This document shows positions 1 to 13,071 of a DNA stretch of 64,000 nt, piece after piece (within the stretch, counting starts at the first letter, position 1; every line of letters begins with the position of its first letter). The position numbers and the translations under genes are program-made. This DNA is from Scenedesmus sp. PABB004. Its lineage: Eukaryota. The notes beneath the pieces were generated by a model. It was not told the origin of the DNA. It saw only the letters and a program-made list of their open reading frames with translations, and searched no databases. The stretch covers positions 930,001 through 994,000 of the forward strand of contig JABVCE010000011.1 of NCBI GenBank assembly GCA_014905635.1. Direction: 5' to 3'.

Positions 1-3000
1 GCGGGCGCGGCGGCGCCAGCAGCAACCCACCGCAGGCGGTCGGGTCGTTCGGGTCGCGCTCAAAGCCGTTTGCGCACAGGCAGGTGGTGCGGTCGCCGCT
101 CACGGCCTTGACCGGCGCGGGGCAGAGCAGGCACGCGGGGGCGTCGGGATGCTCGTTGAAGCTGCCGGCCGGGCAGGCCTGGCAGCTGGCGGGCGTCTCG
201 CCGGACGCGGGCGTCAGCTTGGAGCCGGGCGGGCACACTGCGGGGCAGGCGATGCGGGGACAGGCCGAGCGCGCGTCAGCGCAGGAAGCGGCGAGGCAGG
301 GGCCGGCACGCCACGTTGCGCGCGCTGCAACCGCGCGCCCGCGCCCCGCCGCCCCGCCTCACCGCACTGGCTGGCGTCCACGCGGTCAGGCACGAAGCCG
401 CCGCCGCACACGCACGCCACGCCGCCGGGCGCGACGACGCGCGGCGCGGCGCAGACGCTGCAGGTGGTCGCAGTGGTGGTGCCGAGCTGGTCGTTGAAGG
501 TGGCCGCCGGGCAGGCACTGCAGTTGGCGGCCGCGCCGTCAGGCACGGCGGGGGTGAAGGCAAAGCCCTTGGGGCACACGCAGCCCGTGCGCGCGGCGTT
601 GGGCACCTCCCCCGCGATGGGGCAGGCCTCGCAGGTCGCAGAGTCGGGCGCCGCGCTGACGCGGCCCGCGGAGCAGCGGCTGCAGGTGCCGTCAGCGGCG
701 TTGCGCAGGAAGCCGGCGGGGCACGCTGCGCGTCGGCGGTGGCGGGCGTGGTCAGGCGGCGGGCGGCGGCGCGCGGCTGCTGTAGCCGCGGCGGTGGCAG
801 CGGCGACCTGCGGCGCGCCGCGCTGCGCGCACCGCAGACGGCGGGGTCAGCGGCGCTCGCGACAAAGTTGTTGGCGCACGCGCAGCCCGTGCGCGCGGCG
901 TTGGGCGCCATGCCCGCCGCGGCGCAGGTGGCGTTGCAGCTGGTGCTCGTGGCGCCGACGGCCACGGCGCGGCCGACGACGGCGTTGAAGGTGCCGGCGG
1001 GGCACACGGAGCAGGTCTTGGCGGCGGCGTCAAACTTGAAGCCGGCAGGGCACTCTGCGGGCGCGCGCGCGCCCAGGCGGCGGCGCGGGAGTCAGCGAGC
1101 AGCGCTGAGGCTGCGCCGCCGCTGGTGCTGGCTGGCGGCCGAGCCGTCGGCAGCCTGGTGGGCCGCCAGCGCGCTCACCGCAGGTGCCGTCGCGGTTCAC
1201 AAAGTTGGGCCCGCACACGCAGGCCGTCCTGTCGCTGCTCACGACCTTGGGCGCGGCGCAAGCGGCGCAGTCGGTGGAGCCAGGCGCGGTGCTGAAGGTG
1301 CCGCCCGTGCACGCGACGCAGGTCGGCGGTGTCGCGGGGGCGTCGCCGGCGGGCGTGTACTTGAAGCCGGCGGGGCACACTGCGCGCGCACGCGCGGCGG
1401 GGGCGCGGTGAGAGGGGCGTGCGTGGGCGGGGGCCGCTGTGTAGCAAGCCTCCCGCCAGCGCGCACGCACTGCAGTTGGCCGGGTGAGCGCGGTCCACGA
1501 CAAAGCTGCCGCCGCACGCGCAGGCCGTGCGGTCAGCGCTGGCGACGCGCGGCGCGGCGCAGGCGCTGCAGGTGGTCGCAGTGGTGGTGCCGAGCTGGTC
1601 GTTGAAGGTGGCCGCCGGGCAGGCCGTGCAGTTGGCGGCCGCGCCGTCGGGCACGGCGGGGGTGAAGGCAAAGCCCTTGGGGCACACGCATGCCGTTTGA
1701 TCAGCGTTCAGGACCATGTTGGCGGTGTCACAGCCAGAGAGCTGGGGAGGCTGCGGGGGCGGGGGCGGCGGCGGCGGGGCGGTCAGGGCGGAGAGGCACA
1801 GCCGCGGCAGCGGCGGCTCTGCCGGCCCACGCACGCGCCGCCAGCGCACGCAGCAGCACGCGTAGCGAGAGAGCCTGTGGGCTCCGCCGCGGCGCTCACC
1901 GACGCGGGCGCGACGGCCTGGCAGCACGCCGCGATGGCCTGGGCGGTGGTCATGGCGTCGATGACGGTGCTGGCGTGGGCGACGTTGGGCTGCAGACCGC
2001 TGCCGCAGTCGGACGCGCTGAACGCCGTGCCGGCGCCGTCGGCGTTGCCGCACGTGGCGCCGGACGGGTAGGGCTGTGGGGGCGGCAGCGGCGGGGTGAT
2101 CAGGTTCAGAGGGCGGCAGTTGCAGGGGCGGCGGAGCAACTCAGGCGAGGCGGCGGCTCAGCTGCGCCGAGCCAGCACGCCACACGCGTGCGCGCCGCCA
2201 GCGCAGCGCTCACCGATGCGGGCGCGACGGCCTGGCAGCACGCCGCGATGGCCTGGGCGGTGGTCATGGCGTCGATGACGGTGCTGGCGTGGGCGACGTT
2301 GGGCTGCAGGCCGCTGCCACAGTCGGACGCGCTGAACGCCGTGCCGGCGCCGTCGGCGTTGCCGCACGTGGCGCCGGACGGGTAGGGCTGCGGGGGCGGC
2401 AGCGGCGGGGTGATCAGGTTCAGAGGGCGGCAGTTGCAGGGGCGGCGGAGCAACTCAGGCGAGGCGGCGGCTCAGCTGCGCCGAGCCAGCACGCCACACG
2501 CGTGCGCGCCGCCAGCGCAGCGCTCACCGATGCGGGCGCGACGGCCTGGCAGCACGCCGCGATGGCCTGGGCGGTGGTCATGGCGTCGATGACGGTGCTG
2601 GCGTGGGCGACGTTGGGCTGCAGGCCGCTGCCACAGTCGGACGCGCTGAACGCCGTGCCGGCGCCGTCGGCGTTGCCGCACGTGGCGCCGGACGGGTAGG
2701 GCTGCGGGGGCGGCAGCGGCGGGGTGATCAGGTTCAGAGGGCGGCAGTTGCAGGGGCGGCGGAGCAACTCAGGCGAGGCGGCGGCTCAGCTGCGCCGAGC
2801 CAGCACGCCACACGCGTGCGCGCCGCCAGCGCAGCGCTCACCGATGCGGGCGCGACGGCCTGGCAGCACGCCGCGATGGCCTGGGCGGTGGTCATGGCGT
2901 CGATGACGGTGCTGGCGTGGGCGACGTTGGGCTGCAGGCCGCTGCCACAGTCGGACGCGCTGAACGCCGTGCCGGCGCCGTCGGCGTTGCCGCACGTGGC

Positions 3001-5956
3001 GCCGGACGGGTAGGGCTGCGGGGGCGGCAGCGGCGGGGTGATCAGGTTCAGAGGGCGGCAGTTGCAGGGGCGGCGGAGCAACTCAGGCGAGGCGGCGGCT
3101 CAGCTGCGCCGAGCCAGCACGCCACACGCGTGCGCGCCGCCAGCGCAGCGCTCACCGATGCGGGCGCGACGGCCTGGCAGCACGCCGCGATGGCCTGGGC
3201 GGTGGTCATGGCGTCGATGACGGTGCTGGCGTGGGCGACGTTGGGCTGCAGGCCGCTGCCACAGTCGGACGCGCTGAACGCCGTGCCGGCGCCGTCGGCG
3301 TTGCCGCACGTGGCGCCGGACGGGTAGGGCTGCGGGGGCGGCAGCGGCGGGGTGATCATGTTCAGAGGGCGGCAGTTGCAGGGGCGGCGGAGCAACTCAG
3401 GCGAGGCGGCGGCTCAGCTGCGCCGAGCCAGCTCGCCACACGCGTGCGCGCCGCCAGCGCAGCGCTCACCGATGCGGGCGCGACGGCCTGGCAGCACGCC
3501 GCGATGGCCTGGGCGGTGGTCATGGCGTCGATGACGGTGCTGGCGTGGGCGACGTTGGGCTGCAGGCCGCTGCCGCAGTCGGACGCGCTGAACGCCGTGC
3601 CGGCGCCGTCGGCGTTGCCGCACGTGGCGCCGGACGGGTAGGGCTGCGGGGGCGGCAGCGGCGGGGTGATCATGTTCAGAGGGCGGCAGTTGCAGGGGCG
3701 GCGGAGCAACTCAGGCGAGGCGGCGGCTCAGCTGTGCCGAGCCAGCACGCCACACGCGTGCGCGCCGCCAGCGCAGCGCTCACCGACGCAGGCGCGACGG
3801 CCTGGCAGCACGCCGCGATGGCCTGGGCGGTGGTCATGGCGTCGATGACGGTGCTGGCGTGGGCGACGTTGGGCTGCAGGCCGCTGCCACAGTCGGACGC
3901 GCTGAACGCCGTGCCGGCGCCGTCGGCGTTGCCGCACGTGGCGCCGGACGGGTAGGGCTGCGGGGGCGGCAGCGGCGGGGTGATCATGTTCAGAGGGCGG
4001 CAGTTGCATGGGGCGACGGAGCAGCTCAGGCGAGGCGGCGGCTCAGCTGCGCCGAGCCAGCACGCCACACGCGTGCGCGCCGCCAGCGCAGCGCTCACCG
4101 ATGCGGGCGCGACGGCCTGGCAGCACGCCGCGATGGCCTGGGCGGTGGTCATGGCGTCGATGACGGTGCTGGCGTGGGCGACGTTGGGCTGCAGGCCGCT
4201 GCCACAGTCGGACGCGCTGAACGCCGTGCCGGCGCCGTCGGCGTTGCCGCACGTGGCGCCGGACGGGTAGGGCTGCGGGGGCGGCAGCGGCGGGGTGATC
4301 ATGTTCAGAGGGCGGCAGTTGCATGGGGCGACGGAGCAGCTCAGGCGAGGCGGCGGCTCAGCTGCGCCGAGCCAGCACGCCACACGCGTGCGCGCCGCCA
4401 GCGCAGCGCTCACCGATGCGGGCGCGACGGCCTGGCAGCACGTCGCGATGGCCTGGGCGGTGGTCATGGCGTCGATGACGGTGCTGGCGTGGGCGACGTT
4501 GGGCTGCAGGCCGCTGCCGCAGTCGGACGCGCTGAACGCCGTGCCGGCGCCGTCGGCGTTGCCGCACGTGGCGCCGGACGCGTAGGGCTGCGGCGGCGGC
4601 GGGGCGGTCAGGGCGGAGAAGCACAGCCGCGGCGGCAGCAGCTCTGCCGGCCCACGCACGCGCCGCCAGCGCACGCAACAGCACGCTCGGCGGGCCAGCC
4701 TGTGCGCGCCGGCGCGGCGCTCACCGACGCAGGCGCGACGGCCTGGCAGCACGCCGCGATGGCCTGGGCGGTGGTCATGGCGTCAATGACGGTGCTGGCG
4801 TGGGCGGTGTTGGGCTCCAGGCCGCTGCCGCAGTCGGACGCGCTGAACGCCGTGCCGGCGCCGTCGGCGTTGCCGCACGTGGCGCCGGACGGGTAGGGCT
4901 GCGGGGGCGGCAGCGGCGGGGTGATCATGTTCAGAGGGCGGCAGTTGCAGGGGCGGCGGAGCAACTCAGGCGAGGCGGCGGCTCAGCTGTGCCGAGCCAG
5001 CACGCCACACGCGTGCGCGCCGCCAGCGCAGCGCTCACCGATGCGGGCGCGACGGCCTGGCAGCACGCCGCGATGGCCTGGGCGGTGGTCATGGCGTCGA
5101 TGACGGTGCTGGCGTGGGCGACGTTGGGCTGCAGGCCGCTGCCGCAGTCGGACGCGCTGAACGCCGTGCCGGCGCCGTCGGCGTTGCCGCACGTGGCGCC
5201 GGACGGGTAGGGCTGCGGGGGCGGCAGCGGCGGGGTGATCAGGTTCAGAGGGCGGCAGTTGCAGGGGCGGCGGAGCAACTCAGGCGAGGCGGCGGCTCAG
5301 CTGCGCCGAGCCAGCACGCCACACGCGTGCGCGCCGCCAGCGCAGCGCTCACCGATGCGGGCGCGACGGCCTGGCAGCACGCCGCGATGGCCTGGGCGGT
5401 GGTCATGGCGTCGATGACGGTGCTGGCGTGGGCGACGTTGGGCTGCAGGCCGCTGCCGCAGTCGGACGCGCTGAACGCCGTGCCGGCGCCGTCGGCGTCA
5501 CCGCACGTGGCGCCGGTCGCCTGTTAGTCGAGAGCGCGGCGGCGGCGGCGGCGGGTCAGCAGGCGCCGGCAGCGACAGCATCCCTGCGCTGGAAGGGGCG
5601 CGCACGCGCAGTCAGCCGCCCGCTCACGTAGGAGCAGCAGAGGCCGTCGTAAACCGCGGGGTCGGTTGTGCCCCCGATGTCGGCGGCGGCGTTGGCAGGG
5701 TCCGCGACCTTGCCCGTGGGGCACGCCAGGCTGGTGTCAGTGGGTGACGCACAGGTGTCAGCCTGGGGTGTGCGGCGCAGGGGCGGTGGTGAGCGCGGTC
5801 GGGGCGTGACGCGCCCGGCGTCACAGCGCCGCGTGCGCGGCGCCGGCGGGGCCCGCGGCGCCGCACCCGCACGCCGGCGAGCAGGCAGCTCAGCGCGGTG
5901 ATGACCAGCAGACCACGCGCCGCCCGGTGGGCGCGCGGCCGGCCGGCGGGCGCCAT
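1..5956 (-). CDS. Large secreted Cys-rich repeat protein, multi-exon, truncated at the left edge. Signal peptide, 13 C..C..CC modules, then GCC2/GCC3 (ephrin-receptor-like) Cys-rich repeats
   Basis: ATG at 5956 starts MAPAGRPRAHRAARGLLVITALSCLLAG. Phase-0 GT-AG exons at 5628-5762 and 5353-5520, then eleven 174-bp exons. Later exons carry CVCPKGF..C..CPAATFND..C..C and CPAGFK..C..C motifs. Confidence 0.8.
1900..5520 (-). repeat. Tandem array of 12 exon+intron units, period about 314 bp (174-bp exon + about 140-bp intron)
   Basis: Exon 3' ends at 5353, 5039, 4725, 4414, 4099, 3784, 3470, 3156, 2842, 2528, 2214 and 1900. Each encodes (PYPS)GATCGNADGAGTAFSASDCGSGLQPNVAHASTVIDAMTTAQAIAACCQAVAPAS. 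Confidence 0.97.
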
Positions 5957-6739
5957 GCCTGGGGGCGGGGCGGCGGCGGGATGGCCGGGACAGCGCGCGG
6001 TCTCGGGACGCGTGCTCGGGCGTCTGCGGGCTGCGGGCGCGCGCGTGTACGGAAGCGGGAGTGTGGAGAGCCCGTGGCGGGCGCGGCGACGCGCGCAGCA
6101 CGGCGGCGAGGCCTGGGGGGCGGCCGGCGCACCTGCGCAGCGGCGTCGGGCGCCGCGGGCGGCGGGGCTGCCCCGGGGGCTGGGCGCTGCGGCGTGGAGG
6201 TGCTACTGAACAGGCGGCGCCCTGGAAGCGTATGGCGGAGGCCGGGGCGGCGGCGCGGTTTGAACGGCTCGCCGGCGCCAGGGCTCAGGGCCCAGCTGCG
6301 CCGTACTTGCCGGCGCGGCGCGGCGGGCTGCGCCGGGCCGCCCCGCGCTGTGCGGGGGCGTGCGGGCGTGACGTGGGGACGGGGGAAGGCGGCCGCGCGG
6401 GGCGCGGGCGCGGTCGGCCCATGGCGGAGCCGGCAGCGGGGCGCGCGCGTGCCGCGCGCACGCGAGGGCCAGCCGGCGCGACGTGGGCGGCGCAGCGGCC
6501 GGGCCGGTCTCACACCCACGCTGCTGCGCCGGCGTGCGGGGGAGTGCCGGCCGCGCCGCGCGCGGCGGCGGCTGGCGGCGGAGCTCGCAGGACGGCCGCG
6601 CGCGCACTGCGCGCCGCTCCGCTGCGACGGGCCTGGGGCCCCTGGGTTGGCAGGCGGCCCAGCTGCAGCGCGCGATTACCGCCGGCGCGGCGGCGGCAGC
6701 AGCTCGGTCGATCCGCCACCACAAGCCCTCCGCTCGCCG

Positions 6740-8546
6740 CTACGAGCTCAGGGGCTGCTGGCCGCTGGCGCCAGCTGCGCCAGCCGCTGCGCCGCTGCCG
6801 TTGCCGCCGGCGCCGCCGTTGCCGCCGGCGGGCGCGCTGCCGCTGCCGCTGCCGCTGCCGCTGCCGCTGCGCCGCTGGCCGCTGTTGCGCGCCAGCAGGC
6901 CCTTGTACTGCGCGCCCTGCGCCCAGCGGTCGATCTCGCGGGCGCGCATGACCGGCAGCGGGTGGCTGAGCGCGCGCGTCTGCGCGTTGCGCAGGTACCA
7001 GCCCAGCATGCTGTTGGTGGTGACCTCGTCGTACGAGCGCGCCTGGCCGCGGCGGCGCGCGGCGCGTCGGCGGAAGCACCGCGTCGGCGCGTCGGCGGCG
7101 GCGGCGGCGCGGAAGCGCGGCGCGGCCGCGGCGACGCGCGGGGCGGCGGGCGGGGCACCACGGGGCGCCGCGCCGCACACCTGCTGCAGGAACGCGTCCA
7201 CGCTGAGCTCGTGCGCGTACGCGGGGCTGCCGCCGGCGAGCTTCATCAGCGCGCCGATGACGACGCCGGGGTCCTGCGCGACCAGCAGCGCCGCGCGGTC
7301 GCACGTGAGCTCCGCGGCGCGCAGCCAGCGCAGCAGCGCGTCCTCCACGGTGCCTGCGGGCGCGGCGGCGCGGGCGGTCGGCCCCGGCCCGCCGGCGTCC
7401 TGCGAGCCGCGCGCGGCGGGCTGCAGGGGCTCGACGCGCGGCGCGGCGGCGCGGCGGCGCGCGCCTGAGATCAGCGGCAGGATGGAGACGGTGCCGCTGG
7501 CCAGCACGTTGGCGATGGTCAGCCACAGACCGTGGTCGCACTTCAGGTGCCCCAGCTCTGCGCGGGCCCGGCCACGCCCCCGGCCGGCCGGCGGTCAGCG
7601 GCGGCGCCAGCCCGCCGCGGCGCGGCGCCGCTGCGCCCCCGCACCGTGCGCGATGACGGCCTGCAGCTCCGGCAGCGTGAGCAGCTCCAGCAGGCTGGTG
7701 TGCACCACGATGAAGGGCTTGCGCCCCGTGATGGCGAGCGTGTAGGCGTTGGGCATGGGGTTCTGCCTCACGTACAGCTCGGGCGGCTCCATCTGCAGCA
7801 CCTCGGCCTGCGCGGCGGCCGCGCGCGCGACGGTTCGGCCGCGCGCGGGCCCGCCGCCGCCGCCGCGCGCGCGCGCGCGCCCGCCGCCGCGCGCGCGCGC
7901 GCTCGCCGCCGCCACCGCCGCCCCGGCAGCCGGTCCGCTGCCGCGGGGCGCGTCCGCCCGCTCACCGCTTCCAGCAGCAGGTTGTGGATGGTCGGCAGCT
8001 GGTCGGGCCCCGTCTTGATCGACGTCGCGATGTTCTCCAGCAGCAGCACCTGCTCCGCGACCGGGCCTGCGCGCGCGGGGCGCGGCGCGGCGCGGCGGTC
8101 GGGCGCGTCCGCCGCCGCCGCCGCGGGCGCGCAGCACCCACCCATGAGCGTCTTGGCGATCAGCTCCATGCCGGGCAGCGCCTGGATGAGGCTGGTGTTC
8201 TGCTGGTCCAGCGGGTGCCTGCGGCGGCGAGACGTGCGGCCATGCTGCTGAGCACGGTTGCCCGCCGCGCTGGACGCGGTTGCCCTGCCCCTGCCACGCC
8301 CCACCTGAAGTCGTCGGGCGCGAGGCGCTCGAAGCGCGCGATGCGCTGCTGCTGCTCTGTGGCCGCGGGCGCCGCCTTGGTGCTGGCGCCCGCCTGCGCG
8401 CCCGCGGCCGCGCGCGCCGGCGCCCAGCGTCGCCGGGTCACCGGCAATGTGGCGGCTGCGAGCTGCCGCCCGCCGCCGCGCGCCGCCGCTGGTTGCGGCG
8501 CGGCCGACCGCAGCGACCGCATCGCCGCTGCCGCCAGGCCCTGCAT
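6740..8546 (-). CDS. Peptidase family M48 zinc metalloprotease (plastoglobule PGM48-like) with probable transit peptide
   Basis: Spliced AVIAH|ELGHLKCDH (HEXXH), PELYVRQNPMPNAYT, RAAELTCDRAALL, SHPLPVMRAREI. TAG at 6740-6742. Confidence 0.9.
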
Positions 8547-9253
8547 CACGGGAGCGCGCGGCTGGCGGCGGCCTCTGCTGCTGGTGACGCTGCGCGGCGA
8601 GGAGGAGCCCAGGTCTGACGGGGTGCGGTGCTGGGCCTCCAGCGCAGCGGGCGGGCCAGCTTTGAGGTTCAGGGCGCAACCTCGCCCAGCGTCGCCTGTT
8701 TGAACCGTCACAAGTGCAAACGAGTCCAACCTCATCATCTCTGCATGCATTCAGCGCCCCCGCGCGCCGGCAGCGCAGGGCGGCGGCGAGGTGCGCCGCC
8801 GACGCCCGCGCGTCCGCCCGGCGCGCAGGCGCCCAGCTTACTGCGCTACGCCTCAGGCCTGGCCCCCCAACAACTGCGCTCACGACGACGCCTGCCCAGA
8901 GGTCTAGTCGCGCGTTCTAGCCGGCGGCGCGTGCGCTGGGCCGTGCACAGCACCCAGCCACCCTCAGCAGTGCGTCGACGACGATGCCTGGTCTGGCCCC
9001 GACAGCGCGCATCCCCTCGCCAGCGGCGCAGCTGGCTCACGCAGCCTCCCGGCGCGTGCGTTGGCGGCTCGCCCGTCGCAGGGCGAGCAGGCGCGCAGGG
9101 CGCGCCTGGCGCCAGGCGGCGGCGGCGCGGGGGCCCCGCCGCGGCAAGCCTCGGCGCAATATGTGCACCACTGATCGGTCGCAGAGTCACGCGCACACCC
9201 CCCCCCCCCACCCATCCCCCTGTTCTGCCCATCCCCGTCCCCCCGCGCAGCGC

Positions 9254-11895
9254 TCACGTGGCCTTGGGTATGATGAGCAGCGCCGCCGAGCCGCGCGGCA
9301 TTAGCACGCGGTAGCGCGCCTGCGCGCCGCCGCTGCCGCCGCCCCCGCCGCCGCTGCCACTGCCCCCGCCCGCACCGCCGCCGCCGCTCGCGTTGCTCGC
9401 CGCGGCGCGCTCCGTGACGACGCCCGGCGGCGGGCCGCCCTCGCGGAACACGATCTCGCCCGCGGGCTCGCCAAAGGCGCTGCCGCCGAGGTTGTACGTC
9501 ATGTTGCCGAGGCTCACGCCCCACTCGTCGTCGAGGCCGCGCTTGCCGAGCAGGCGCACGAGCTTGCCGTCGCCGTACCCGCCCGGCACGCGCAGCGCCA
9601 CGCCCGTCGCCGCGGTCGCGTGCTTGTTGATGAGCACGACGCGCAGCGCGCCGCTGCTCGGGTCGAGCAGCGGCCAGACCTTGACCTTGGCCCCGGGCGT
9701 GGCACTCGACGGCGCGTCGAGCAGGCTCGCGCCGCCGGCGAGGGCCATCTGGAAGAGCAGGTACGCGTACCAGGTGGGCTTGACGATGCTGCTCCCCGCC
9801 GCCTGGCGCAGCAGCGCGGCGTAGAGGGCGAGGCCGTCGCCCCAGTGCAGGTTGATGCCGGCCGCGCCCGTCGACGCGACCTCAAACGCGCCGTCGAGCG
9901 TCCACAGCGCCGCCGCGAGCGAGTCGGACACGCCGACGAGGCCGCTGTTGCTGATCGTGTTCATCTCCGCCACGCGCAGGTCCTTGCCGTACCTGCGCGG
10001 CGCGCGCGGGCGCGTGAGCGGCCGGCGTGCCGCGCGCCGCGCGCTGCGCGCTGCGTGCTGCGCAGCGTGCTGCGCAGCCGCGGGGCGTGGCTGCGCGTGC
10101 GTGGCGCACCGGCGGCTGATGTCGACGAGCGCGCGCAGGTTGGCCATCTCCTGGCGCAGCGGGCCCTCGTCGAGCAGGCTCGCGGGCGTTGTGTCGGCCT
10201 CGCGCCTGGCCTTGTACCAGTGCACGGTGACCAGGTCCATCCACTGGTAGTTCACGCTGCGCCCGGGAGGGGCGCGGGGGGAGGGGCGGCAGCCGGGCGT
10301 GCGCGCGTGGGGGGGGGGGGGGACAGGGGCACGGTGTGGCGCGCAGGGCGCAGGGCGTGCTGCGCCGCGCCGCCGGCGCCCAGGCGGCCCCCGGCGGCGG
10401 CCGGCGGCGGCGCACCGCAGGAACCAGTCCATCGTGCGCGGCCACATGTTGACGTGGCCCCACGCGGGTCCCGCAAACTGGCCAAACGTGCACGTCGACG
10501 AGACGTCGGGCTTGGCGCAGGAGAGGCCCTTGGCGAAGCGCTCCCAGTCGTTGACGAAGCAGCAGGACACATACTCCTGCGAGCTCTTGCCGCCGTACAT
10601 GCCCTCGTAAAAGTTGGGCTGCGCGCGGCGCGCGCGGAGCGGAGCGGCGTGGGCGTGGGCCGGCCGCCGGCGGCAGGCGGCCGACGGCGGCCGCGCCTGG
10701 GGCCCTCCCTCGCGCGCGCCCGCCCCCTGCAGCCGCCGCCGCCCCCGGCCGCGCGGCGCGCGCGCGTGGGGCCCGCCGCGCGCGCGCGCCTCGTTGCCGA
10801 TCTCAAAGCTCATGATGGACGTGGCCGGCAGGTTGGCAAAGATCGCGGTCATCTGCGCGCGCGCGAGCGCGACGTCGCCGGCCTTGAACGCGAGGCCAAA
10901 GATGAACATGCAGCCTGCGGCGGCGGCGCGCGGTCGGCGCGGCGGACGACGCGTGGGCGCGGGCTCGCGAGCACGCAGCACGCGACGCGCCTGGCGGGGC
11001 CGCCCGCGCGCGCGCCGCCGCCGCCGCGGCGCACCCGTGGAGTACTGCAGCGCGCGCAGCGCGTCCCAGGTCGCCTGCGGCGCGACCGCGGTCTGGAAGT
11101 CGGTCGACCCGCCGCCGACGCGGATGACGAGCGGGCCGGCGCCGTACGCGCGCAGGTCGCGCAGGAGCTGCAGGTACGTGCCGCCGTGGTTGAGCTCCGC
11201 GACGTTGGTCCACTCGTGGCTGATGCCCAGGAAGGTGCTGTGCAGGCCCCAGCTGCGCCGCGCGGGGTCGAGCTCCGCGGTCACCCAGCCCTGCGCCACG
11301 CCGTCGGGCCGCTCCGCGGGGCGCACGTTGAGCGCGCTCGCCTGGATGGGCTGCGCCAGCCGCCGCGCGCCGCCGCCGCCGCCGGGGGGCGCGAGGCTGC
11401 TGCTGCCGCGCGCGCGCGCCTCCGCGAGCACGCGCGCCGGGATCTGCGGGCAGCGCAGGCAGCGCGTGGTGCGCGGGCGGCACCCGCAGCGGGGAGCGGC
11501 CGCGGCGGGTCCCCCGCGCCGCGCTCGCAGCGGGGGAGCATGCGGGGAGGCAAGCGCCGCGGCCGCAGCCTGCCCGGGCGCGGGCGGCGGCGCGCGCCCG
11601 CCCGCACCGGCTCGCTGCCCAACCACGGCCGCAGGCGCAGCGGGTCGTCGCCGGCGGCGTCGCTGGCGGCGCAGCTGGCAGCCAGACCTGCGTCAGGCGC
11701 GGCGGGGGGCGGATCGCGGTCAGGAGGCAGGCCGCGCCGCAGGGGCTGCGGGAGCAGCTCGCGGCCCAGGGGGCGTTCCGCGCCAGCCCCGCGCGGGACG
11801 TGCCCGCGGCGCCGCGTCGCCGCCCGCCGCGCACTTGTCAGCGCAACCAGCGCCAGCAGGCCCGCGCCCGCGCCCGCCAGCGGCCGCATGGCCAT
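9254..11895 (-). CDS. Glycoside hydrolase family 79 (beta-glucuronidase/heparanase-like), secreted
   Basis: IRVGGGSTD, FEIGNE|PNFY (acid/base), VAEMNTIS..GVSDSLAAALWTLD, GINLH, VVLINK. N-terminal hydrophobic segment. Confidence 0.85.
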
Positions 11896-12360
11896 TTTCG
11901 CGCCCACGCGTCGAGCTCCGCCGACGCCGCGGGCCGCGGCCCGTGCGGCCGCCCAAGCCACAATCTCAGCGAGACTGGCGCAGATCAGCCCGACGCGGGC
12001 ACGGCGGCGGCGGCGCCGCGCGGCGCGGCGGTCGACAGCAGCGCCTCGCGGCGTGCTCGCGCGGGCTGCACGCGGCCGGGCTGCACGCGGTGACAGCGCT
12101 GGCCGCCTTGCATGCAGCGCGTGGTACGACGCATGTGCGCGGCGGCGCGCCGCCGCGGCGCGGGCGAGCGGTCGGCGGCGCAGCTGCGCGCTGGCCCCGG
12201 CGGCGGTTCTGCTGACTTTGCTCATCGCCCGCGCCGTAGCGCGGTGACGGGCCACACCTCCACCAGCCACAGCGTTGGCGCAGCCACGCACGGGCGCCGC
12301 CGGGTGAGAGACAGCGGCGAGGGCGACGCAGCGAGCCCGCGCTCAGAGCGCGCGGCCGCC

Positions 12361-13071
12361 ATGCTCGCGCGCGGGCGCGCGGCGGCAGCGCTGCTCGCGT
12401 CCGGCCGCGCCCTGTGGCCCGGCGGCACCGCGGCGGGCGCGGCAGCGGGCTGCGCGCCAGAGCGCGCGCTGGGCGGCAGCGGCGGCAGCAGCGGCCGTCG
12501 GTCGCGGGCCTGCAGCGGCCGGGCGCTGCCGGAGGACGCGCTGCCGGACGGCGAGGAGCCCTATCACTGGATACCGCACCCCGACGGCGCGTCGCCGGGC
12601 AGCGTCGGGCAGCGACGCGCGGCGGGGCGGCTGGAGCATGCGGTCGAGGCGGTGCTGCTGGGCGACGGCGTGCTGCGGGAGGCCCTGGTGGCGGCCCACG
12701 GCCTGACCATCCACCGCATTCGCCTCGCCAAGGACCGCCGCGCGGTGCACGTGCTCTGGGACGCCGCGCCGGGGCAGGCGCCCGCGTGCGCCGCCGCGCT
12801 CGAGCGCAACGCGTTTCGCCTGCGCGCCGAGCTCGCGCGCGTGCTGCGCAGCCGGCACACGCCCTTCCTGGAGTTCCGGCACAACCACCTGCCGCCGCTG
12901 CAGGCCGCCGTCGCGGCGGCGATGGACGCGGCCGAGGCGGAGCTCGCCGCGGCGGAGGAGCAGCCGCGCGGCGGCGGGGGCGCGGCCGCGGACGTCGGGC
13001 TGACCCCCGAGCAGGTGGAGGCCGCCATCGCGCGCCTCGAGGCGGCGACGCGGCCGCGCGACGAGCCGTGA
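12361..13071 (+). CDS. Ribosome-binding factor A (RbfA) family protein, organelle-targeted, intronless
   Basis: LTIHRIRLAKDRRAVHVLW..FRLRAELARVLRSRHTPFLEF fits the RbfA pattern. Arg/Ala-rich presequence. TGTAA at 13488. Confidence 0.75.
   Translation: MLARGRAAAALLASGRALWPGGTAAGAAAGCAPERALGGSGGSSGRRSRACSGRALPEDALPDGEEPYHWIPHPDGASPGSVGQRRAAGRLEHAVEAVLLGDGVLREALVAAHGLTIHRIRLAKDRRAVHVLWDAAPGQAPACAAALERNAFRLRAELARVLRSRHTPFLEFRHNHLPPLQAAVAAAMDAAEAELAAAEEQPRGGGGAAADVGLTPEQVEAAIARLEAATRPRDEP

Noticed and set aside
1900..5520. Regular array resembling CRISPR or satellite DNA
   Set aside because: There are no unique spacers. The units are coding exons with splice sites.
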